A stretch of DNA of 64,000 nt from Candidatus Uhrbacteria bacterium GW2011_GWE2_46_68. GTDB taxonomy: Bacteria > Patescibacteriota > Patescibacteriia > UBA9934 > GWF2-40-263. The stretch lies in assembly GCA_001002765.1 (NCBI GenBank), contig LCMS01000007.1:8170-72169 (forward strand), given 5' to 3'. Of the stretch, positions 11,129 to 21,759 are shown one piece after another. The notes beneath the pieces were generated by a model. The model ran no database searches and was not told the origin of the DNA. It saw only the letters and a program-made list of their open reading frames with translations. Made by a program: the position numbers and the translations under genes. The first letter of the stretch is position 1; each line of letters opens with the position of its first letter.

Positions 11129-12159
11129 GATTTGCCCGCCAATTGTCCGCAAGCCGCAGAAATCTCTTGACCATAAGAAGTACGCAAAGTGGTTATGATA
11201 TCTGATTCTTTGAGGAGACGCTGAAACGCGTCCCTTTGTTTTTTTGTACTGGAACGTAGATCACCCTCGGCTTTATTGTAAGGAATCAAGTTAACGCGAA
11301 TGCGATGGGAATCAATGGAATGAATAAAAGTGATAAGTTTTTTTGCATCTTCCGGACGATCATTGATGCCATCAAGAAGGATATATTCAAACGTAAGATG
11401 ATGGGTGCGGTTTCCTTGTTTTTCCAAATAGGCTTTTGTCCAATCGCGCAGATGATCAAAAAAATCATAAGGGGTGGACGGCATGATACGCGGACGCACC
11501 AAAGGGTCGGCACTATGAAGAGAAATGGCCATACGCACAGGCGGCCAAAGAGTATCTTCCAAAAGATGATCCAAGGAGGCAAAAATTCCTGCCGTGGAAA
11601 CCGTTATTTTTGTAGGACCCACATCCGTATACTCACACAAAATATTCAAGGCATCGCGAACATTCTCATAGTTTGCCATGGGTTCGCCCATGCCCATCAC
11701 GACAATATTGCTTATCCGCCCATGGATCTGTTCTTGTATTTTATACTGCTGCCAAAAACGATATTGATCCACGATTTCATCTTGACTCAACTGGCGTTTA
11801 AGCCCCATGGCACCGGTTGAACAAAATGCACAACGCATAGCGCAACCTACCTGGCTTGAAATACAAATGGTCCAGGCATCCCGCGCATTGCGCATAAGAA
11901 CAGATTCTATTTCAAGGCCATCGGTCAGTTGCAACAGAGATTTTATGGTTTCGTTGTCCTTTGTTTTTTCTATGGTTTTTACCTGCACTGATATCCAAGA
12001 AATGTCTTTTTCCACGGCTTCCCTCAAAAAAGAGGGGAAAGCACTCACTTCCTTCCATCCCTTTGCCTGTGAAAAAAGACCGGATAAGGCTTGTTTCCAT
12101 CGATAAGAAGGCTCGTTGGGGAAAAGTTTCTGGAATAATTGTTGTCGTGTGGGTATCAT
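11125..12159 (-). CDS. rlmN: 23S rRNA m2A2503 radical SAM methyltransferase RlmN
   Basis: CISSQVGCAMRCAFC, MGMGEP, AACGQL. Confidence 0.92.
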   Translation of the reverse strand: MIPTRQQLFQKLFPNEPSYRWKQALSGLFSQAKGWKEVSAFPSFLREAVEKDISWISVQVKTIEKTKDNETIKSLLQLTDGLEIESVLMRNARDAWTICISSQVGCAMRCAFCSTGAMGLKRQLSQDEIVDQYRFWQQYKIQEQIHGRISNIVVMGMGEPMANYENVRDALNILCEYTDVGPTKITVSTAGIFASLDHLLEDTLWPPVRMAISLHSADPLVRPRIMPSTPYDFFDHLRDWTKAYLEKQGNRTHHLTFEYILLDGINDRPEDAKKLITFIHSIDSHRIRVNLIPYNKAEGDLRSSTKKQRDAFQRLLKESDIITTLRTSYGQEISAACGQLAGKS

Positions 12160-12301
12160 AGAATTACCATGATTCCATCATATGGAAGGACGCTTGGCAA
12201 TGAAACCCTTGCAAAAGGGAATTGTTGACAGGCATCTTTTTATTGCCTGTTGTCCTTACATCATGAAAGATCATAAGGATTATAGAACAAAAAATGTTTT
12301 T

Positions 12302-12754
12302 ATGCCTACTTATGTTTCGCAAAAAGGTTTGGATGATCTGAAAAAAGAATTTGAAAAACGCAAGGCTGCCCGCATGATTATTGCTGAAAAAATCGGGGAC
12401 GCAAAAGAATTAGGTGATCTGTCCGAAAATTTTGAATACCATGCGGCCAAAGAAGAACAGGGACTCAACGAGGCGCGTATGGCACAACTTGAGGAAATGA
12501 TCAAAGATTCAGTCATGATTTCCGAACAAAAAGGAGGCACCATCATTACGCTTGGCACATCTTTTAAGATTTCTTGCGATGGGGAAGAGAAGCGATTTGA
12601 AATGGTAGGATCAGCCGAAGCACATCCTTTTGAAGGAAAAATCAGCAATGAGTCTCCGCTTGGAGCCTCTTTTATGGGACACAAGGTAGGGGACACGGTC
12701 AACGTAGACATTCCATCTGGAACAAAGACCTATCAAATTTTAGAAATCACCTAA
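12302..12754 (+). CDS. greA: Transcription elongation factor GreA
   Basis: GDLSENFEYHAAKE, ISNESPLG. Confidence 0.96.
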   Translation: MPTYVSQKGLDDLKKEFEKRKAARMIIAEKIGDAKELGDLSENFEYHAAKEEQGLNEARMAQLEEMIKDSVMISEQKGGTIITLGTSFKISCDGEEKRFEMVGSAEAHPFEGKISNESPLGASFMGHKVGDTVNVDIPSGTKTYQILEIT

Positions 12755-12780
12755 GCAGAAGAACTCATCACCTCATTTCT

Positions 12781-14265
12781 ATGATCCAAGAAGAACAACA
12801 ACGCCGCGAGCGTCTGGCACACTTGCGCGAGATCGGTCAAAATCCTTATCCCGCTCGTGTAAAACGCGACCTGTCCATACAGAAATTTTTGAAAGATTTT
12901 GAAGATCTTACAGCATCACAAAAAAAAGTCTCTCTTGTCGGACGCCTACGCTCTTTGCGTAAACACGGTGGACTTACTTTTTTGACGCTTGATGATGGTT
13001 CTGGAGCTGTGCAAATTGTCTGCACCAAGGATGCGCTTAGCGAAGATGTGTATGCAACATTTGGAAAAACTGTAGATGTCGCGGATTTTCTTGAAGTCAC
13101 CGGTCATCCGTTTCTCACACAAAAAGGAGAACGTTCTTTGAAGATCACTCATTATCAAATCATTACAAAAACATTACTTCCGCTTCCGGAGAAATGGCAT
13201 GGACTTTGCGATGTAGAAACTCGTTACCGTCAGCGGTATTTGGATTTGATCATGAACACGGAAGTAAAACAAAAAATGATGCAACGTTCATTGATCATCA
13301 CCGCCATCAGAACCGTTATGCAGACAAAAGGTTTTATAGAAGTGGAAACACCAACACTGCAACCTATCTATGGTGGAGGGTTTGCTCGTCCGTTTAAAAC
13401 CCATCATCACACATTGGATGCGGATTTTTATTTGAGAATTTCAGATGAAATGTATTTAAAACGTTTGCTCGTGGGTGGATTTGAAAAAGTGTACGAGATT
13501 ACAAAAGTTTTTCGAAACGAAGGAATGGATCGTGATCACAATCCTGAATTCACCATGTTCGAAGCCCAAGTGGCCTACGAAGATTATCGCTATGGCATGG
13601 ATTTATTTGAAGAGATTTTTGAGACATCGGCAAAAACCGTTTTGGGAACAACACAGATCGTCCATGAGGATATGGTGATTGATGTGAAGCGTCCTTGGCC
13701 GCGACTCACTCTTGTTGAATCCGTACAGTCTATCGGTGGAGTAGACGTTTCGCATTGGCAAAATGCAGATGAAGCAAAAAAAGAATTGGCAAAAAAATTA
13801 CCGACAAACAAAGGGACCGAACTTGAAAGAATGCACACGATCGGTGAAATCATCGCCTTTGCTTTTGAAGAACTGGTGGAAGAAAAACTCCTACAGCCCA
13901 CCATCATTTATGATTATCCCGTGGAAGTTTCTCCTTTGGCGAAAAAAGGTGTTGATCCGCGTTTTTCCGAACGCTTTGAAGCGTTTGCTCTTGGAAGTGA
14001 GATCGGGAATAATTATTCCGAACTCAATGATCCGCTCGATCTCACACAACGTTTTATCGAAGAAAAGAAAAAAGCTGAAGCCGGTTTTGAAGAAGCTCAT
14101 CAAACTGATCTTGATTATTTGGAAGCGATTAAACATGGTATGCCTCCGGCCTGCGGTCTTGGAATAGGAATTGATCGCATGGTCATGCTTCTTACCGGTT
14201 CATCCAATATCAAAGAAGTTATTTTGTTTCCCACCTTGCGTCCTCTTGATACGGATGCCTCCTAA
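12781..14265 (+). CDS. lysS: Lysine-tRNA ligase (class II)
   Basis: RYRQRYLDL, FRNEG, HNPEFT, GLGIGIDR. Confidence 0.97.
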   Translation: MIQEEQQRRERLAHLREIGQNPYPARVKRDLSIQKFLKDFEDLTASQKKVSLVGRLRSLRKHGGLTFLTLDDGSGAVQIVCTKDALSEDVYATFGKTVDVADFLEVTGHPFLTQKGERSLKITHYQIITKTLLPLPEKWHGLCDVETRYRQRYLDLIMNTEVKQKMMQRSLIITAIRTVMQTKGFIEVETPTLQPIYGGGFARPFKTHHHTLDADFYLRISDEMYLKRLLVGGFEKVYEITKVFRNEGMDRDHNPEFTMFEAQVAYEDYRYGMDLFEEIFETSAKTVLGTTQIVHEDMVIDVKRPWPRLTLVESVQSIGGVDVSHWQNADEAKKELAKKLPTNKGTELERMHTIGEIIAFAFEELVEEKLLQPTIIYDYPVEVSPLAKKGVDPRFSERFEAFALGSEIGNNYSELNDPLDLTQRFIEEKKKAEAGFEEAHQTDLDYLEAIKHGMPPACGLGIGIDRMVMLLTGSSNIKEVILFPTLRPLDTDAS

Positions 14266-14268
14266 CAC

Positions 14269-15423
14269 ATGTCCCGCCATCGAACCTGGATCGAAATCAA
14301 CGAGCGTGCATTGCAACAAAACATCAACACGCTCCAAGGACTTCTCTCCGGAGGGGCGCGTTTTTGTGCAATCGTCAAAGCAAACGCTTATGGACACGGA
14401 TTGAAAGAAGTCACACATATTGCCGCAAGACAGGGGGTGGACGCGTTTGGAGTGGACACCATTGAGGATGCTCTTTTAATTCGTTCCTGGCTCCCCAGCG
14501 CCCTTGTGCTTACCTTGGGGTATGTATTGCCCGAGCAATATGAAGAAGCCGTCCATGAGCGCATTCATCTCACCATGTATGATTTGGATGCCCTGCGACT
14601 CCTTGAGGAGGAAGCAAAAAAACAAGCGGGAACAGCCTTTGTTCACTTGAAGATTGAAACCGGCACCCAACGTCAAGGTTTGTCTGAATTTGATCTTAAA
14701 CGATACTTGCAATCACTTTCTACGTTCCCGCATATTCAAATTGCAGGGGTGTCCACTCATTTTGCCAATATCGAGGATACCTCTGACACGAGTTTTGCCA
14801 CCTTGCAATTTCACCGATTCCAAAAAACTGTGGAGCAAATACAAACCGCTGGGATTCAACCAGAACATATCCATTGCGCATGCAGTGCGGCTATCATTTT
14901 ATATCCTTCCACCCACGGTTCTTTAGTGCGAGCGGGAATTTCTCTCTATGGTGTTTGGCCGTCTGAAATCACGGAGACAACGACACGGCGCCACGGAATC
15001 GCCTGTGACCTACGACCCGTCTTGTCGTGGAAAACGCGCATTGCTCAAGTACGATCCATTCCTGCCGGAACACCCATTTCGTATGGGATGACCGAGACTG
15101 TGTCAAAACCCACCCGTATTGCTGTGATTCCTGTGGGCTATTGGGATGGATATGATCGATCCCTTTCCTCTGTTGGAGAAGTATTGATCGCAGGAAATCG
15201 TTGTAAAGTTCTTGGGCGCATTTGTATGAACATGATGATGGTGGATGCATCGAGCGTCCCTCACATAGAGCCGGGACAAGAAGTGATTTTGATCGGGCGA
15301 TCCGGAAGACACGAAATCTCCGCATCGGTTCTTGCCAAACAAGCGAAGACTGTGCCCTATGAAGTTTTAGCGCGTCTCAATCCTTTATTGCCTCGGCAGG
15401 TCATTTCAGAAACCATCGTATGA
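14269..15423 (+). CDS. alr: Alanine racemase
   Basis: AIVKANAYGHG PLP-lysine motif, GYWDG, GRICM. Confidence 0.96.
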   Translation: MSRHRTWIEINERALQQNINTLQGLLSGGARFCAIVKANAYGHGLKEVTHIAARQGVDAFGVDTIEDALLIRSWLPSALVLTLGYVLPEQYEEAVHERIHLTMYDLDALRLLEEEAKKQAGTAFVHLKIETGTQRQGLSEFDLKRYLQSLSTFPHIQIAGVSTHFANIEDTSDTSFATLQFHRFQKTVEQIQTAGIQPEHIHCACSAAIILYPSTHGSLVRAGISLYGVWPSEITETTTRRHGIACDLRPVLSWKTRIAQVRSIPAGTPISYGMTETVSKPTRIAVIPVGYWDGYDRSLSSVGEVLIAGNRCKVLGRICMNMMMVDASSVPHIEPGQEVILIGRSGRHEISASVLAKQAKTVPYEVLARLNPLLPRQVISETIV

Positions 15424-16319
15424 CACGCCGACCGCGTCCTATTCTCCGCTTTCAAAAAACGCAATATGCGCGTCGACGATTTCAAAATCCTTATTTTCGT
15501 CATACTCCTCCTTGTTTTTGGAAAAAAATACTTCCTTGGTTGGTACTTATTTTTCTTTTCTTTTCTTTTTTGCTCTGGGTGGTTTTTGGCTCGCCCATTT
15601 TCCGCATCACTCAAGTCACCCTACAAGGAGCAAGCCCTTCTTCTTCCGGTGAACTGCAAATCCAAGTGGATTCTTTTCTTTCCACACGTCGTTTTCTTTT
15701 TTTTCACAATCACAATCATTGGTTATTCGATGAGGAATCATGTCGATCTTATCTTGAACAATTTTATGCGTTTGAAACGCTGATATTTGAATTCATTGAT
15801 CTTCATCAATTGTTTATCACCGTGCAAGAAAAAACTTCTTCCTTCCTCTGGGAAACCGACAATCATACCTTTGTCGTTGATCTACAAGGAACCGTGGTGC
15901 GTGAAATAACCCCCACAGAACAACAATGGCTCACCTCTGCTGCGCCTCCTGCGGAAAACGACCCCCTCCCCGAAGAACAACAGTCTTTTTTAAAACTTCC
16001 TCGTTTTCGTGATCTTAACAATGCTCCCATTGCTCCGGGTCTTGTTGTGGCTTCCCGGGAAGAAATCACTTCCATTTTTTCTTTTCAGCAAACGCTCACA
16101 ACACTCTCTATCCCTTTTTTGGAAACACAAATCGATCGACTTTCAGGAAAATGGATTGGGATCCTGACAAGTGACGGATATCTGGTGTTATTTGATGCGG
16201 CGGGAGATGTACAAGCACAAGCGATGCGACTGCAAAGTGTATTGAAAGAATCCATCCCCGATCCTTCTGTCTTAGATTATATCGACTTACGCTTTGGAGA
16301 CCATGTATACTTTAAGTGA
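15420..16319 (+). CDS. FtsQ/DivIB-like cell division protein
   Basis: Basic N-terminus, single TM, POTRA-like region, C-terminal YIDLRFG. Confidence 0.75.
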   Translation: MTRRPRPILRFQKTQYARRRFQNPYFRHTPPCFWKKILPWLVLIFLFFSFLLWVVFGSPIFRITQVTLQGASPSSSGELQIQVDSFLSTRRFLFFHNHNHWLFDEESCRSYLEQFYAFETLIFEFIDLHQLFITVQEKTSSFLWETDNHTFVVDLQGTVVREITPTEQQWLTSAAPPAENDPLPEEQQSFLKLPRFRDLNNAPIAPGLVVASREEITSIFSFQQTLTTLSIPFLETQIDRLSGKWIGILTSDGYLVLFDAAGDVQAQAMRLQSVLKESIPDPSVLDYIDLRFGDHVYFK

Positions 16320-16354
16320 TAGAATCCGTCTGCCACCACTCACAATAATTTCAA

Positions 16355-17644
16355 ATGATTCCTATGAAAACCATTTTTTCTTACGACAAACGATATCTTT
16401 GGACAAAAGGGGAGAGGAGTCTTTCCAAAATCGCTTTCCGCCAACTTCTACAGACAAAAACAAAAGGGGCTGTGGAAACCGTGAGAAAAAATCTCATGAC
16501 CCATGAAACGTCGGTTGTTTCTTTACCGTTTGCTTCTACAGAAGAAATACAATCGTGGGCTTTTCATATCCAGAAAACCTATACTCACCTTTTAGTGATT
16601 GCCACGGGTGGATCGAGTTTGGGTGCACAGGCAATAATACATGCCATTGCAGGGAGCACTTCAAAAACCAAGGTGCTTTTTCTTTCCAATCCTGATCCGG
16701 ATGAATACAGACGTATCACAAAAGGATTACCTTGGGTAACCACCGGTGTTTTGGTTATTTCAAAGTCTGGAAAGACGCTTGAGGTACTTTCTCTTTTTCT
16801 TCTTGTGCGCGAGCAACTCCAAAAAAAATTGGGAAAGCAACACACTTCTCATCTTTTTATTTTAACCCAATTTGATGAAAATCCTCTTTACCTTTTTGCA
16901 AAAGAACAAGGGTATACTCTTTTGCCTCATGTTGATATCGGTGGACGATTTTCCGTTCTTTCTTCTGTGGGTCTTCTTCCGGCAGCGGTATCGGGAGTTC
17001 CCATTGCCGATCTTTTAAAGGGAGCAGCCGATCTTTTAGGAGAGTATCAAAAGCAAGGATTCTCACATGCGGTGAGTCATTTTGTCACGGCCCAATACCT
17101 TGCCTACACGCTTGGAAAAACAGAACAGATCCTCATGCCTTATACGGAACGTTTGACACTCTTTACCAAATGGTACCGACAATTGTGGGCAGAATCTCTT
17201 GGGAAAGAACGGCGGGGAAGGGGAGTGGGTCCTACCCCCATTGATGCCTTGGGGACTGTGGATCAACATTCACAAATCCAGCTTTACAATCAAGGATTGA
17301 AAAACAAAATTTTAACATTTATAGAACTGACAAATTTTGATGAAGAGTCTCCTGTTCTTCGGAAGATTGCTGGGCTCCCTGACGCATTTAAAGAGGCTGC
17401 AAGCCCCCTTTCACTGATCGTGCGAGCTTCCTGTCGTGGAACGGCCTGCGCATCTGCTACACACGAAAGTCCGGGAGGAATTCTTTCCGTTCCAAAACTT
17501 GATGCTTATCATCTTGGAGCATTATTCCTATTTTTTGAACTGGCCGTTATTTTGTATGCGGAGCTTCTTCAGGTGAACCCCTATGACCAGCCGGGTGTAG
17601 AAGAAGGAAAAAGACAAATCAAAAAATTATTATCTTCCTTATGA
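16355..17644 (+). CDS. pgi: Glucose-6-phosphate isomerase
   Basis: GGSSLG, ISKSGKTLE, GGRFSVLS, AESLGK, DQHS, DQPGVEEGK. Confidence 0.93.
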   Translation: MIPMKTIFSYDKRYLWTKGERSLSKIAFRQLLQTKTKGAVETVRKNLMTHETSVVSLPFASTEEIQSWAFHIQKTYTHLLVIATGGSSLGAQAIIHAIAGSTSKTKVLFLSNPDPDEYRRITKGLPWVTTGVLVISKSGKTLEVLSLFLLVREQLQKKLGKQHTSHLFILTQFDENPLYLFAKEQGYTLLPHVDIGGRFSVLSSVGLLPAAVSGVPIADLLKGAADLLGEYQKQGFSHAVSHFVTAQYLAYTLGKTEQILMPYTERLTLFTKWYRQLWAESLGKERRGRGVGPTPIDALGTVDQHSQIQLYNQGLKNKILTFIELTNFDEESPVLRKIAGLPDAFKEAASPLSLIVRASCRGTACASATHESPGGILSVPKLDAYHLGALFLFFELAVILYAELLQVNPYDQPGVEEGKRQIKKLLSSL

Positions 17645-17987
17645 ATGAAGATATAACCCCACCTTCTCCCTTTTATGGTGTCGTAAAATAGGATTATTTT
17701 TTTAAGTACCTTACAGGGAAGGGGATTTTCATTTTTCGTTTGAATGATGGTCTTTTTTAAAAATCTTATAAAAAATGTATAGAAGAACTAGATGGGGTTA
17801 AATCCCATAAAAAAATACGGATGATCTAAAGATCTTAAAAAAGTATTCGACACCTGTTTTTATTTAAAAAAGATAAGGTATCGCTCTTTCTTGGTCGTTT
17901 AGGGGGGAGGAACCCTCCTTACAGGGACAAGAAGGACAGGAAGATGCGTTGTGAAAGGTACGATCCTATAGGTCTTTTCTTTCCCTA

Positions 17988-18015
17988 GTGTCGTCTAAGT
18001 CTTATTGTGCGACAC
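17988..18015. other. Candidate dif / tyrosine-recombinase site (11-6-11 palindrome)
   Basis: GTGTCGTCTAA-GTCTTA-TTGTGCGACAC in a 445-bp intergenic gap between convergent gene blocks. Confidence 0.6.
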
Positions 18016-18029
18016 TACAGAGATAAAAA

Positions 18030-18058
18030 GAAAATGTCCTTATTTGGGACATTTTTTA
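18030..18058. terminator. Probable bidirectional intrinsic terminator
   Basis: aaaatgtcc...ggacatttt hairpin with A/T tails. Confidence 0.55.
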
Positions 18059-18088
18059 TTTCTCACCTTAGTCTTTTTTCCTCCCCCC

Positions 18089-18301
18089 CTACCCTAAAAC
18101 AGCCGGAAGAATATCCGTCATGTAGATGAGTAAAAGCAAGATTGCTCCTATAAGGAAAAAAGCGATACCCAACATTGTTAACGCTTTAATAATTGCATCG
18201 TCTTCCATAATTCCTCGAAGCATATGGATACTCAATCCCAAAAAAACGATAAGCGGTGTAAGGAAAAGAAACCAGCTAATAATTTTTACAGCAAGAATCA
18301 T
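18089..18301 (-). CDS. Small two-TM membrane protein
   Basis: 70-aa hydrophobic ORF starting 1 nt after the M23 gene stop. Confidence 0.65.
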   Translation of the reverse strand: MILAVKIISWFLFLTPLIVFLGLSIHMLRGIMEDDAIIKALTMLGIAFFLIGAILLLLIYMTDILPAVLG

Positions 18302-18302
18302 A

Positions 18303-19535
18303 TTAATAAGAAAGTAGATACGTCATGGGATCCACAGGAATACCGTTTAAACGCACTTCAAAGTGCAAATGAGGTCCGGTTGATAATCCCGCCCCTTGCG
18401 TACCAGGCATGCCACCCGTATAACCGATGATATCCCCTCTTGAAACAAATTGATCTGCTGTGACCTCAATCCCAGACATGTGGGCGTACAAAGTTGCAAT
18501 ACCATTGGCATGGATGATCATCACGTAATTACCATACATGTTTCCAAGACGTGTCCAAGCAACGTATCCAGGAGCTGCTGCTTTAAGCGGTGTCCCCTGC
18601 CCTGCTGGAATATCGATCCCGGAATGCTCGAATAAATGGCGGAACGGATACGTAGGGTCGTGAAATGTCGCAGAAAGTCCACGCACCGGATCCACCGGCC
18701 AAGAAAGGACCGTATTATCCCCATACTCATCATTTTGTGTGATTCTTGACTCCATTTCCTTTTGAAGCAAGGAAACCTCGTAGTTCAAGTATTGTTGTTC
18801 CTGCTGCACTTCTTTTAACAATTCTTGAAATTGGGTTTCTGATCTTGCGGTTGCAAGCAACAAACTGTCCTTGGCATAACTTTCTTTTTCCAGGGCGACA
18901 AATTGTTGTACCAAATCTTCTCCCAATTGATCCAACTGTTCCCGTTTCGTCTGTTGAATTGTTTTTGCGCTGACCACTTGATTTTTTGATGTTTGTGTCG
19001 CCTCCAGGGAATCTTTCAAATCGCGATTCATATCCTCCAAATAACGGAGGTGATCAAAAATGTCAGAAAAAGATTGACTGCCAAAATAGACTTCCAAAGA
19101 CAATTTATTATCTTGAACTTGCATGGATTGCAACACTTCTTTAAGGACCATTTTTTGATCTTCCCACTGCTGTTCCAAAACAGTTAACTGTTTTTCCAAT
19201 AAAACGATTTGTGTGTTGACAAGATCAATTTCTTCGTTGGTTGCTTCAATATCAAGCTTGGCCTTTGCCATTCGATTTTCCAAAAGCTCCATTTCATTTT
19301 GAATGGAAACTTTTTCCGATTCTTTTTGCCGAATCTTTTGACTGTAAGCTTCAATCTTTTGATTAAGATAATCGATGTCTTCTTGTTTGGTTTTGATATC
19401 TTGATTGAGATCATTGATTTCTGCGCTGACATCCTCTTGTGCCCACAGGGGCGAAACATAAAAACCTCCGACCATACAGATACAGAAAATCAAAACCGCG
19501 CCTACGAAGAAGCCGCGACCTTTTGCAGAGCGCAT
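18303..19535 (-). CDS. Coiled-coil M23-family peptidoglycan endopeptidase (EnvC/CwlO-like)
   Basis: Signal/TM, long coiled coil, HSGIDI, LYAHM, TGPHLHFEV. Confidence 0.92.
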   Translation of the reverse strand: MRSAKGRGFFVGAVLIFCICMVGGFYVSPLWAQEDVSAEINDLNQDIKTKQEDIDYLNQKIEAYSQKIRQKESEKVSIQNEMELLENRMAKAKLDIEATNEEIDLVNTQIVLLEKQLTVLEQQWEDQKMVLKEVLQSMQVQDNKLSLEVYFGSQSFSDIFDHLRYLEDMNRDLKDSLEATQTSKNQVVSAKTIQQTKREQLDQLGEDLVQQFVALEKESYAKDSLLLATARSETQFQELLKEVQQEQQYLNYEVSLLQKEMESRITQNDEYGDNTVLSWPVDPVRGLSATFHDPTYPFRHLFEHSGIDIPAGQGTPLKAAAPGYVAWTRLGNMYGNYVMIIHANGIATLYAHMSGIEVTADQFVSRGDIIGYTGGMPGTQGAGLSTGPHLHFEVRLNGIPVDPMTYLLSY

Positions 19536-20974
19536 TGAAGACGTTGAAGACTTTCCTCCTTTCCACATACCCATAAAAGTTCAAAGGGACTTGAAGAATG
19601 CTGAGCGCCTGAAAGCGCTACGCGCAATGGCCAAAGCACATTCCCACTGGGAATTTCATTACTCTCAATATACTGCCAAATGGCCTTCTCGATCAATGGA
19701 AGATCTTCCCATGTTGCTTCGGGAAAATCGGTACACATCCGCAACAAAGCTTCCATGTGTTTTTTTGCATCAAGAACATCGGACTTTTTCCACACCAAAA
19801 GTGCCACATCATACTCTGGAATGATGAGATATTCCTGAATCTTGGATGGAATTTCATCAAAACGAACAAGACGCTCTTTTTCCACGTGATAGATACGTTG
19901 TAATTTTTCTTGAGAAACACCAAAATCGGACAGAGTGAATTTTTGGCAGTACTCAAGGTAAGTCTCCTCTGGCAATTGACGAATATACATTCCGTTCATC
20001 CAATCTAATTTTTCTCGATTAAAAATTGCTCCGCTTTTGTTGATTTTTTCCAAGGCAAATTCTTCGGTGAGCTCGGACACGGAATAAATCTCTTGATTCC
20101 CTTTTGGATTAAATCCCAGAAGGGCGATAAAATTCAACAAAGCTTCAGGCAAATACCCTTTTGCCAAATAATCTTCCACAGCCACATCTCCTTGACGTTT
20201 AGAAAGTTTGGAACGGTCTTCATTCAAAATAAGAGGCACGTGGGCAAAAACCGGAAGCTCCCAACCAAACGCACGGTACAGCAAAACATGTTTTGGCACA
20301 GAAGAAATCCACTCTTCTCCACGAATGATATGCGTGATCCCCATATAGTGATCATCCACAACAACCGCGAGATGGTATGTGGGGAATCCGTCAGATTTAA
20401 GAAGTACTTGATCATCCACCTCTTGATTGGCAATGGTGATTCTTCCGCGAATCACATCTTCAAAAGAGGTCTCCCCTTCCGGCACCAACAATCGAATAAC
20501 ATACGATTCCCCCTGTTCCAATCGTTTTGTTATTTCTTCTTTTGACAACGAAAGGCAATGACGATCATATTTGGTCGGCATCTTGGCGATTTCTTGTTGA
20601 TATCGCAATTGCGCCAAACGATCTGATGAGCAAAAGCAATAATAGGCTTTCCCTGATTCTACGAGTTCTTTTGCGTGCTTTTGATAAATGGCTAAGCGTT
20701 GCGATTGAATATAAGGGCCATGATCCCCTCTTTGCTCCAATGTGCCATTGACGGAAAACGGACCCTCTTCATAGATGATTCCCGTTATGGCTAAGGTGCG
20801 CAAAAGACTTTCTATGGCGCCCTCCACATAACGTTGCTGGTCCGTGTCCTCAATGCGTAATACCATTTTCCCCCCTTGTTTTCGCGCAAAAAGATAATTA
20901 TAAAAAGCTGTCCGAAGACCGCCGATATGAAGAAATCCTGTGGGTGACGGAGCAAAACGTGTTTTCACATTCAT
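19502..20974 (-). CDS. gltX: Glutamate-tRNA ligase
   Basis: RFAPSPTGFLHIGG, KLSKR. Confidence 0.97.
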   Translation of the reverse strand: MNVKTRFAPSPTGFLHIGGLRTAFYNYLFARKQGGKMVLRIEDTDQQRYVEGAIESLLRTLAITGIIYEEGPFSVNGTLEQRGDHGPYIQSQRLAIYQKHAKELVESGKAYYCFCSSDRLAQLRYQQEIAKMPTKYDRHCLSLSKEEITKRLEQGESYVIRLLVPEGETSFEDVIRGRITIANQEVDDQVLLKSDGFPTYHLAVVVDDHYMGITHIIRGEEWISSVPKHVLLYRAFGWELPVFAHVPLILNEDRSKLSKRQGDVAVEDYLAKGYLPEALLNFIALLGFNPKGNQEIYSVSELTEEFALEKINKSGAIFNREKLDWMNGMYIRQLPEETYLEYCQKFTLSDFGVSQEKLQRIYHVEKERLVRFDEIPSKIQEYLIIPEYDVALLVWKKSDVLDAKKHMEALLRMCTDFPEATWEDLPLIEKAIWQYIESNEIPSGNVLWPLRVALSGAQHSSSPFELLWVCGKEESLQRLQCALQKVAASS

Positions 20975-21759
20975 ACATTCTTTTCCTCTTTTTTTCTTAC
21001 AAATAGCTTTCGTATTGTATCCCAAATAACCAGGGTCGGGAAGATGATCACAGCTGTAAAAATGCGCTTTAAACGTTTAGGTTCACACCAAAGTCTCCAT
21101 AACCATTCAAACCCAAAACGTTGAAAAATTTTTGGAGCGCGTTTTATTTTTCCTGATAAAAAATCAAATGCTCCTCCTACGCCCACGGCGATTTTTACGG
21201 ACGGGAAAAAATCCTTATGTCCTAAAATCCAACGTTCTTGTTTTTCGTGACCCAAAGCCACAAATAAAATATCCGGCTGTACTTCTTGAATGCGCCCCAC
21301 CACTTGAGCGTCTTCTTTAAACTTCCATTCTCCTTCTTTATACAAAAGTTCTCCCCCGCTTTCGCCAAAAATTTGAAGATGAGGAAAGTTCACATGAAGC
21401 TTCTGCAGGGTTAGCCCGATAACCTCATCTGTTGATCCCAAAAGAAAAACCGTTTTTTTATGTAAAGCCGCATACATAAGTAGCGCATGTATGATGTCAT
21501 TTCCTGTCAGACGTTGAAGCCCTCTTCCCTGTGTGAGAAAAACGAGCCAGGAAACTCCTACCCCATCGGCAACGCACAGAGACATTTTTTGAAGCGCTTG
21601 TTGAAATTCCTTATGATTATGAGAGGCGACAAGCATCTCGGGATTAACGGTCGCAATCGCGTGAAACCCGGGATCATCAAAAAAACTTAAAAGGAGTTCG
21701 TGAATTTTTTCTCGCGAAAGAGCACAGACGGGAATATCGAGTACACATGTTTTTTTCAT
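20971..21759 (-). CDS. WecB/TagA/CpsF-family glycosyltransferase
   Basis: TVNPE, ADGVG, VALGHEKQE, GVGGAFD, EWLWRL. Confidence 0.92.
   Translation of the reverse strand: MKKTCVLDIPVCALSREKIHELLLSFFDDPGFHAIATVNPEMLVASHNHKEFQQALQKMSLCVADGVGVSWLVFLTQGRGLQRLTGNDIIHALLMYAALHKKTVFLLGSTDEVIGLTLQKLHVNFPHLQIFGESGGELLYKEGEWKFKEDAQVVGRIQEVQPDILFVALGHEKQERWILGHKDFFPSVKIAVGVGGAFDFLSGKIKRAPKIFQRFGFEWLWRLWCEPKRLKRIFTAVIIFPTLVIWDTIRKLFVRKKEEKNV

Noticed and set aside
17645-17985. Possible ncRNA or small ORF in the AT-rich gap
   Set aside because: There is no tRNA, tmRNA or RNase P-like structure and no credible ORF that I can support by eye.
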